Assembly (NCBI GenBank): GCA_000320545.1
Contig: ADNK01001860.1
Location: forward strand, 62,001-126,000
DNA length: 64,000 nucleotides
From: Bigelowiella natans CCMP2755
Taxonomy: Eukaryota; Protista; Cercozoa
Direction: 5' to 3'
The translations under genes were made by a program, and so were the position numbers. A model generated the notes under the pieces. The model was not told the origin of the DNA and searched no databases. It saw only the letters and a program-made list of their open reading frames with translations. Positions 54,659 to 64,000 of this stretch are shown here, in pieces. Positions within the stretch are counted from its first letter, which is position 1. Each line of letters begins with the position of its first letter.

Positions 54659-56013
54659 ATGGTAATGCGTGGTGGACACCCCAGTATGTTGTCACTATTC
54701 TCATCGGTCTCAAGACCAGTGGTATTGACGTTGATGTTGGTGACTCTGGCAGTGAGCATCATTGGAACGACGGTAAGTCACTGAAAGTACCCTACTTGTT
54801 GTCGATTATGGATCTCCGATTCCCTTATTCTCTTCGCCCACCGTAGCCTCGAGAAGGCAAGGTCATTACTCCTGTGAATCTCCTTCAAGGAGCCTGGCCT
54901 TGGGCGAAGCCACTTCCAATACAAGGTCGGGGGGGGGGAGGGTGAGAATTTACGACAGGGCACTTTCATCATCCATTCGTTATCAATTTCTATTATGTTT
55001 AGAATTCGAAGCTCCTCCACGCATCGTGCCTAAAATTCTGCCAAAGCTCTACGTCTTTGATCATTGTGAATATTGCACACGGGCGAGGTTGACAACTTGC
55101 ACATTTTAAGAATAAATCGTTTGTTCGTTCCTCGAAGCGTAGTCGCTATTCCACCGGCAAGGGGGGGGAGGGGGGGTTGAAGGGAGAGAATAAATTCTCT
55201 ATCTTCTCGTCACCTACTTCGATGTTAATTGTCCCTCGTAAAAATTTTCTCGAAAAAGGATGATATTCGGCCTGAAGAACATCGCCGTTGACCTCGTCTT
55301 CATAATGTAAGTGCTGCCCCGCCGAATTCCTCTCACATTTCCACCGATATCCATGATGACCCTGTTCTATACTGTGATACGGTATTCTACCTGAAATTTA
55401 CAGGTACGACAAGGCAGAGAAGCTTGTAAAGCTAGCTGGCAAGCGCATTACCCCAGTCCTTGAATTGGATGAGGGAGAAGCTATTCTCGAGTCTCTCGAC
55501 ATCGTGAAATGGGTTGAAATACATAACGCCGATGTAGTATGAGAATGATAACCATTGTATTGTAAAGATGGTTGCTAGGCTTGCTGCATGTATTCGACCA
55601 GCGACATCATAATCAGCAACACCATATCGGCTGTCAATTTCCATCTCCTTTCCTCCTCCTCGATAAAAATCCAAACATGAGAAATCGGTGTTTACTGCAT
55701 GCTGCTCGTTAGATTGACGGGACTTTCAAGCCGCGGATGCTACATCCTGGTTGCAATAATATTCGTTACTCTTAATCTCTATTTTTGTATGCGGTGTTCG
55801 ATACACAGACAACCATATTTTTACGAAAGCTGAGACCAACCACGTTTGAATTACGAAGCTTTTTGGGCTATTTTTTAAAAAAAGGGTGCCATGAGTTATG
55901 ATGACTCTAATGACTCCTCCTCCCCCTGGCAGCACGCAATCGGACGGATATTGAAGCCTGGCTCAGCAGAACTTCAATGCTGAGAAGGAAACTTACCAGG
56001 CCAAGGTGCTCGA

Positions 56014-56050
<37 letters not shown>

Positions 56051-57267
56051 GTTATCCATTTTTTATTTCCTCGTACAAACTGTGCACAGTTTTACCGACT
56101 TATGCCCATCTAAGAGTATTTGACAGCTCACCCCTTTACTTTGTTTAGAATTGTGGCAGCAAATCTCCCGGAATTCTCCCAGAGAAGCGCTCGGGATTAT
56201 TATATTGAGACCCATCCATTCACGGTCGCCAATTAAACTACGTGATACTTCTACTGCTCCTACTACCAATACTGCTGCTGCCACTACTTCCACTACTTCA
56301 ACCATTTGCCCATACAGTTATTCAGTTATTCTGACATCGTATAATGTACTTCTATCGTGAGCTGACGGTGATGAAAATACAAAATATTAGGCGGCGTGTG
56401 GTAGCGGCAGCAAGAGCAAGCAACAGCAGCAGCAGCCTGCTGCTGCTCAGAAGACGTCTCAAACAGGCAAATATGAAGAAAACCAAAACAACAATCCTGC
56501 TGTTGTTTGTTGCTGCTGCTGGTCATGATGTTTAATAACGATACTCCTGCTTTCACTCCAGAAGCGAAGAGGAATGAGAGTACAAATGAGGAGCTTCCAT
56601 CGTCTCTCTCTCAATTGCTAAACATGCAAGATTGTGAGGTGTTTGTACCAGAGCTCGAAGACATAAGGTAGTGTGAATGTCGATACGATGCGAAGTTCTG
56701 AGCATGATAATCATTATCTTCATCATCATCATCGTCGTAGTCGTCATCATCACCGATCAATATCTTATTATTCCTAGGGAAGATTATGAGGAGAAATTGA
56801 AAGACACGCCCCGTCTGAGGCGACAGCTCAATCAAGTAAAGCCATATCCGTAAAGCAGCTAGCATATAACTCGAGAATAACTCTTTCTCATCGTCGCAGC
56901 CAAAGATATTATCTGTTTAATCATTCCTTCTTCCCCCCACACTCCTAACGATAAACTACTTTTGCTTGTATTGTTATCTTGGCGAAGGAACTTCGTTTGC
57001 TGAGCAGCATGGTTTCATCAACTACGAGTGTAAACTTAGAAGAAGGCTTATCAATCGACGATATCACGCTTTTCTCAGCCCTGAGGCCTCTCACCCTTAT
57101 CAAAGTAACTGACACCATCTCACCTAAAAAACCGAAATACATATTATTACTTCGATGAAGTCGAAATTATGAAGATAGTAAGGATCGTGAATGATAATGA
57201 TGACGATGAAAACAGCCTGTTGCTGACACCAAAGCTTTGGAGAATTTATTGAGTTCCTGCCTACGCC

Positions 57268-57311
<44 letters not shown>

Positions 57312-57498
57312 CTCTCCCCCTGTGTTCATGTGTTTTGCTCACAAATCTTCATCTATCATTTTTCTGTCTTAGTCTTGATGTTTACGTTACCAATGTTGCC
57401 GCACGTAGGGCATCCGATTTGGCGAGAAGTTGGACGTATATATGCGGCAGATGAGCAAACGGGCAGATGTTCCACTGTACACTTCCTCAGCGATGTAA
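54659..57498 (+). CDS. Glutaredoxin 2 (GrxB, GST-fold)-like protein with N-terminal signal peptide
   Basis: KLYVFDHCEYCTRAR|MIFGLKNIAVDLVFI...ITPVLELDEGEAILESLDIVKW...LSIDDITLFSALRPLTLIK|GIRFGEKLDVYMRQMSKRADVPLY is collinear with bacterial GrxB. The leader contains VVLTLMLVTLAVSII. Confidence 0.85.
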
Positions 57499-58433
57499 TT
57501 AAGAGGGCTTTCTCTCTTGCCGCAGCAAGGCGCTCTCCTGGCTCCACGTCATTTCAATGTACAAATACACGTCTTGTCTTCATAATCATGGCTCGTTTAG
57601 TTAGCAGTTGCAGAATAAGCATAAAGTAAAGCAATTTTTGAATATTTAAATAGATTTCTATGTGTTGCATACACGCGCACACATGCGTAAAATAAGAATA
57701 TTATACATGTTAGCGTAATACAAATACAAGTGTCTATAGTAATATAAAGCAGCCTGGTGCATTTGCTATCGCGCAAATGCATGCTCGCCTACTGCGAGTA
57801 GTGCTTGAATACAGAGACTGAGACAATATTTACACAGAAATACTTTAATCGTTGTAGTACACAATGTTTTCACTGTTGCACTGTGCCTCAAACAAAGACT
57901 TGTAGATTAGAGACGGAGCCAGAGTTTGCATTACTTGAATCACCGCGCCAAACCTACATGGAACAGGACAACATGATTGTTGAATCATTCCTGCTTCAGC
58001 GTGTAGCTGCCGGGTACTTTAACCTCGTAGCCTGACCATTGTCCAGTGCGCATGCATGCACACGCCCACGTGTGTGCACAAACATGCAATTTGTTGCATT
58101 GCACGAAGGCCATGATCAATGTGTATCAATGCACTGTAGTCTAGCTTATGTCTACATGCATACATATTTTTAGGATGTAATAATATCTCATGCAACTGCT
58201 TTACGCCTCTAGAGAGACACATGGCGCTACTATACTACATCGCATAGCATGTGCTGCGTTGCGCTACGCGCACCGAGCTTGTGAGCTACATAGCTGGATA
58301 GGCGCAGGATTTAGTAGTTTGCAAAGCTTCTGATCGACATTCGAGTTCGTCAGCAGTAAATATCATTTTCATTTTCCTTATTTCAGAATTTTTCAAGTTA
58401 TATTTAGTTTGGCTCTCTCCATAAGCAGCGATG

Positions 58434-58486
58434 CTATTGATGCTCCATCTCCATGAGAATACTCCTACAGATTTTCATTCCATATG

Positions 58487-58530
<44 letters not shown>

Positions 58531-58544
58531 GTGTGATGTGTGTG

Positions 58545-58576
<32 letters not shown>

Positions 58577-59061
58577 TGTTGTATATTAAATATTCACGTA
58601 TAAGGTTTGACACACCTAACTTGTCGAGAAAAAGGAACACGATGCTCGTATGCTGCAACAACAGCAATGGCAGCAATAACGATTACGATGATGGATGTTG
58701 AGTGTTGCTATCAGATGAAAATTTTAAATTCTTTTGGAGAATTTCTGTATTCTTCTTCTTCTTCTCTTTCTTCTTCTTTCCCTGTGATTGGCTCTGGTGA
58801 CTCACTCCATGACTGTATAGCGATGATTTGAAGCCGATCCGATAGCGACACGCACTCACCCAACGCAACAGGGCGTCCTCCTTCACGCCTGCTCCACGAT
58901 GTAAATCAAGGAATGCTGCGCTTATTATCGTACACCGGATTTTTCGATTTTGTTACGCTACAGGACTCGTCTCAGGTATAACATATCTTCGGTTTTTTGT
59001 GGTTTTTCTTGAGGAAAATGGAACGTCGTTGTGTTCGCTTACACTACCACTACTACTACTT

Positions 59062-59092
<31 letters not shown>

Positions 59093-60116
59093 CCGGGAAG
59101 GCGAAGTGTGGGGCTCTCAAACGGCTAATGGCGATATTGAAGACGATGATGATCAAACAAAGAGAAAATGGGAGGGGGGGGATACAGGGAGAGAGAGGGG
59201 GGGGGAGAGTGCAGTGAACAGTTAAATGCAATAATTTTGAGGAGAAACAACAATATATCTGATCTCAACATTGAAGGTGCACACAAACACACACAAATAC
59301 ACACAATTTTTATATTTATACTTATATTTACATTTTAAATATCATTTGCCACAATACAACAGGGTCATACTTAAAAATAAGTGTGATTATGGAAAAGGTT
59401 TGCTCGTCATCAGGACCTCAGCAGAAGCAGCAAACGCAAGGCTCACACGCGGGTTTTTGGCACTAAGTGATGATGATATACACCAAATGTAAGTTATCGA
59501 AAGAAGCAGCCCACCATACTATACTTAGCATATATGCATGTTTATATCATATAAATTTATACATTTTTGTGTAAGATATCCACTGTGCTGACTACTTCCT
59601 CTCCCCCCTTCCTCGCCTCCTTAAACTGCTGTGAGATCTTCTTCTTCTCCTCCTTCTTCTTCATCATCGCACCGTCGTGTTGGCTGTTTGGACGCATGGA
59701 GAAGCCGCCCACTCCATCCAACGATCCCACCAGCACAAATTTCAAGTTCTTTCCAGCATTCCATAATACAGCTGCTGCTGCTGCTGCTGCTACTATTACT
59801 GCTACTACTGGGATTTGTTAGACGCTGCCGCTTAGAGGGGGGGTGTGGTAGTGACGATGATGATGACGATGATGATGATGATGATGATGATGGTTGCTGT
59901 CTGTGCTTCTGCTCCTGCTGCTGCTGCGTCTGTTTACGACTATGAACGTCGTTCTGCCAGAGACACTTGTGCTGATCACTAGCATCTCTAGGAAGAGGAG
60001 GAGGAGGAGGAGGAGGAGGAGATGGCGAAGAAGGTTGATGATTCGAGTGATTGTAGTACGATCGGTCTTCAGAGGCAGGAAGGACCCTAGCGGTGTGCAT
60101 GTGCATGTGTGTGTGC

Positions 60117-60171
<55 letters not shown>

Positions 60172-60468
60172 GATGTGGACTAGATGCAAGGAGGGGGGTG
60201 TCATCCACTGTTGTTTGATTGCCTTTGCTATCATCATCAAAACAACGATGTTGATGAAAGGGAGAGGAAGTGTGGTGGTGGCTAGCACATACAAGTCAAC
60301 CCCCCAGATACAATCAATGAAGAAAGAAATAAAGACGATGATGACGCCTCTGCCAGAAGGGAGCAGCAGTCAGGCATCGGAAGGCTGCTGTTGTTCTGTA
60401 GTCTTGGGAACAGCAAAGTGGCATTGATTGCTTATTCTCTACGAATACTACTCTGCTGCTGTAGTGAT

Positions 60469-60503
<35 letters not shown>

Positions 60504-61550
60504 TGAGATCATGATTCGAATAGGTAGCACCTAAAATAATACGTATCTACCTCATGCATCCGTTTGTAGAGGTCGCATCAGTCAAAGGTACCCTATTATT
60601 CAGTGTTAATACAAATGAAAATGAGAAATTAATGATTCTCATTCCTTCTCCCCCCCCCCTCTTCTCGCTCTCGCCTCCTTTTCATCTCCGCAATTGCTCC
60701 CACTAAAGTAAGTTTAATTTCTTAGTTCTTAATTGCTGCTTTGTGAATGCGTTTCTTGGATATGTCGTCCAAAAGTGTGGCCAGGAAAAATTGTAGAATC
60801 AGCTTTTCCCATCTCTTGCATTTTTCATCTCACACATTTGCTGCTCTCGGCAGATTGTGTTTGCGCTTGTGCGTGTACGATATGAAAGCTTTCTTGCGTG
60901 TCATGCTTCTCTTCATGTAAAGCATATCACCGCCATTTGAACAACCAGATAGTGACGTAGTACGGAGATGGAAGGGCCTCAATCCTGGCGCGGCTGTTGC
61001 TTTGCTGCTGCTTCCGCCCACTACTACCGGAGGAATCATATCGGAAAGGCATGGTTTCACGGTCCCTGATCATCGTCATCATTAAAATCATGAGCTTTCT
61101 TATCATTATCACTACGACTAGAATGATACATCGTTCTCACTCATTGTCCATATCAAAGCGAAAGTAAATGGAAGAGAGGAAATGGCGACGACCTGTGCTC
61201 ACCCCAACCTTCATGCTCGCCTCCTCTGCAATCCCCCGTCCTCTCCTCCTCCTCCTCCTCCTCCTCCTTCGCCTTAATCTTTTTCTCGGTTTCCCGTTCA
61301 TGAGGAGGGGGAGGAACGACCTTCCAAGCCCTAACAATTACACACCATCCTGCACTTGAACAACAAATTAGACCTCCTGCCACCCCCCCCACCCCCCCCA
61401 CATCGATGACGCCTACCAGAAGTCCAGGTTGAAATACAGAGCATCATGTCCAAGTCGATCGGACAGAAACTCACAGGCGTAAGCGCTCACCAGCCATGCC
61501 TATGGGGTTATTGTTTATTTACAGTTGCTCTCATATCAAGAAGGAAACAG

Positions 61551-61609
<59 letters not shown>

Positions 61610-61893
61610 ATAAATAGGACAGCCACTAGTACTTGAACCACCCCCACCTCATCGTAGATTGTACACCAGACCGGAGGCAGTCCGTAACTAAAGGAGAGCA
61701 TGGGTAGCCACTTAGACGGTTACGCTCGATGAAGAAGAGTCATGTTGTAAGCAGGTGTATTATTAAGAGAAATCGACACCGTCTGTACCCTTGTGAGTAT
61801 TACCTCTCCAACATATCAATGGCAACTACCAGCCGTTGGCAGAGACTTTTGAACATCTAATTGCGTCAAGGTTAACAATTGTTATTAGTAGAA

Positions 61894-61925
<32 letters not shown>

Positions 61926-62687
61926 GTTGTAGTAGGGATGATTTAACTTTTTGGTGTGACAGTAGTAGTAGCAGCAGCAGCAGCAGTAGTTGTAGTAGTA
62001 GAACCTTGCAACCTTCCCTCGATTCACACACGTATTGGTTATCGACTGTGAAATATCCTGATTTATTTTCTTTCTATTAGTGTTTGAAATAGATAAGGCA
62101 TATCATTCCCCATTCATGTTCATCATACAGACCGTTTTCCGCCATCGTTTTGCTCGCAATTCTGATGGATCTCGAGAATGCGGTAGTATCCTTCTCGGAA
62201 CGTTGTTCTCCTCCGCCCGATGGTCTTCCTCCTTTCTTTCTCAAGAATTTAGATGCCTTGGCCATAAATGCAGCGTCACAAACGTGCAGCAATGGTTCTT
62301 CTTCTGTTTGCCCCCTCCTTTTCGACTTGCTCTCTGCTGTGTCTGTGCGTTGCTTCAAATCACTTTCCGATTTGCTCGCTGTGTCTGTTTGTAGCTTCAA
62401 ATCACGACCTAAGCTCTCGTTGATCTTCTTCGTACTCCTCCCAGCCGTCATGGCACCATTCTGTGCAAGTGTATTTGATCTCTTTATCAGTTCGATCCAG
62501 GTCGAGGGTTCAAGTGCCTTCGCGAGGGAGATGATCGGAGGAGGAGGAGGAGGAGGAGGAGGGCACTCCATTGGGCGTAGCACTTCTTCTGCGTGTAAGG
62601 AGAGCGAGTGTGTTTTGTGACTAAAATACAGAAAAACATGCCATTTTGGTCCTGCGACATCAAAAGATCTCCATGTTCGGAATCCAT
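58434..62687 (-). CDS. PhyH-like 2-oxoglutarate/Fe(II) dioxygenase
   Basis: Spliced motifs GLPPVWCTIYDE|AW...NLDFW|AWKV...GWGEHR|DRE (HxD), YVTIW|VPLTDATSTNGCMR|VLPAS, AGGIVGWSGRLLH and PRVSLAF. Both ends are approximate. Confidence 0.75.
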
Positions 62688-63594
62688 GGACCCGCCACCG
62701 ACGATGGACAGCTAGAAACAAACCAACGCTCGCGCACGTTGTCTGGAGCTACCGGCTGATGATCAGTCTAGCAGTGCCCTCCCCCGGGCGGCTAGCTACT
62801 GAGTAACCATTGCACTTTCAGTGCAATTCAGCAGAGGTTACCGAGCAGATCTACCTGATGAATGAGGACAAGCTCAGCATGTTTCATCGTTCAAAGAAAG
62901 ACAGACGTGCATTGGTGACATTGGCATGCGAAGGCGATTTGAGCAGCAGTCGCTACGTGTCACAGTGTTCCCCGTGCTGCTGCCAAATTCAGCCTCTAGG
63001 CTAGCTAGGAATGCTAATTGCAAAAGCAAAGTGCATCAATGAATGTTGTGGCAAGTGCACCAGTGAAGCACGGACCGCACGGCGGAGGTGATGCATCGCT
63101 GGACACGTGCGTAGCATGCGCGCAGCACTGCCATGTCAGATTTGTACAGGGGTTGCTATGCTGTGAGTCACATTTATTCAATTGTGCATGCAACCGTGAG
63201 CGCCGCCCGCAACCAAAAAGTGGGGCACAGTTTGACCATGGCGTTGCGATGCGCGCTCATTGCGCGCAAATCAGCAAGGAACATGGAGAAAGACAAAGAC
63301 AAAGATAATGATGAAAAACAATGGACAAAGACAAAGACAAAGACAAAGATAATAATGAAAAACAACGTTTCCAAAGTGTTAGTGCCTCTAACTAGCTCAT
63401 GGAACACATGATCATTGCAGAAACGAGCAAGCACAATGACATATGTGGGCTGTAGCTGCTACACTGCATAGCTACATTAGGATGACTGTTGAAAATGTCA
63501 TTGTAATCATTTCATTACATCCGTCTCATGTATGCAGATAAAGGATCAGCAGGCATTCCATTGTTGCAGGCTCGCTGGCTAGGAGACAAACATA

Positions 63595-64000
63595 TCAATC
63601 GAGATCATGGTAAATTCTAATGTTGCATACGGAGACGATGCGACGTGATGTGAGCGCTATTGCAGGGATGACGCCGCACCTTATGGTTATCCCCTTCCAG
63701 CGGACTTCGATCTCGGCAGTCTTCGATTTGATGGCCTTCCGGCACTTCTTTTTGGCACAGTGCCTGCCGTTCTTTGAAATACGATGTTCCCACATTGCTG
63801 AGATGTTGTGATGTTGTAAGGGGAATGGTAACGTTGCGCATCTAGGAAATATATCTTAGCTACACTATCCGTATGATTCCCCATCCATACATTCAATCAA
63901 CCTCATATGCGCTGCGAGTGCGAGATGCTACTCCATTCTCTTCTGAGTTGGGCAATTGTTCTACCTTGCAATGAGTGGCGTCTTCATCGTGATTAAGCAG
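63595..64000 (-). CDS. Possible 3' part of a gene running off the window
   Basis: Normal-composition, exon-like sequence with splice-like boundaries. The frame is ambiguous; one frame reads ISKNGRHCAKKKCRKAI, weakly like a PARP-type zinc finger. Confidence 0.25.

Noticed and set aside
58434-62687. The 2OG-Fe(II) dioxygenase as the DNA-modifying enzyme behind the TpA signature
   Set aside because: Its motifs are PhyH-type, not TET/JBP or AlkB. Proximity in a eukaryotic genome is not evidence of involvement.

Overview
Eukaryotic nuclear DNA: gene-dense and intron-rich, with short GT-AG introns, many packed with microsatellites. Several proteins have a signal peptide followed by a transit-like extension, which suggests a secondary-plastid alga, probably a chlorarachniophyte (inference only). 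I hand-spliced about 16 genes; boundaries are approximate. They are a Zn-finger/longin-like ORF, a GAF-domain protein, a DUF4079 protein, an SLC52 riboflavin transporter, an unknown multi-exon gene, NDUFB10, a decaying ankyrin-repeat gene, a WRN-type 3'-5' exonuclease, a DUF3405-like protein, PEX12, a stand-alone response regulator, a bacterial-type cytochrome b561, an EF-hand protein, beta-tubulin, a GrxB-like glutaredoxin and a PhyH-like dioxygenase. The most striking signal is a regional mutational process, not a gene. Two domains of 1.4-1.8 kb (about 7.0-8.4 kb and 26.6-28.4 kb) have lost almost every TpA dinucleotide while keeping CpG. An adjacent tandem ankyrin array polarises the change as TA->TG/CA (A:T->G:C), the reverse of fungal RIP and distinct from CpG decay. 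Most surviving TAs are in CTAG. CTAG/GCTAGC/TGCA-rich islands also mark the regions downstream of gene 3' ends, especially convergent pairs. Together these suggest a targeted TpA-editing or base-modification genome-defence system. No candidate enzyme is recognisable in this window. All counts were made by eye.
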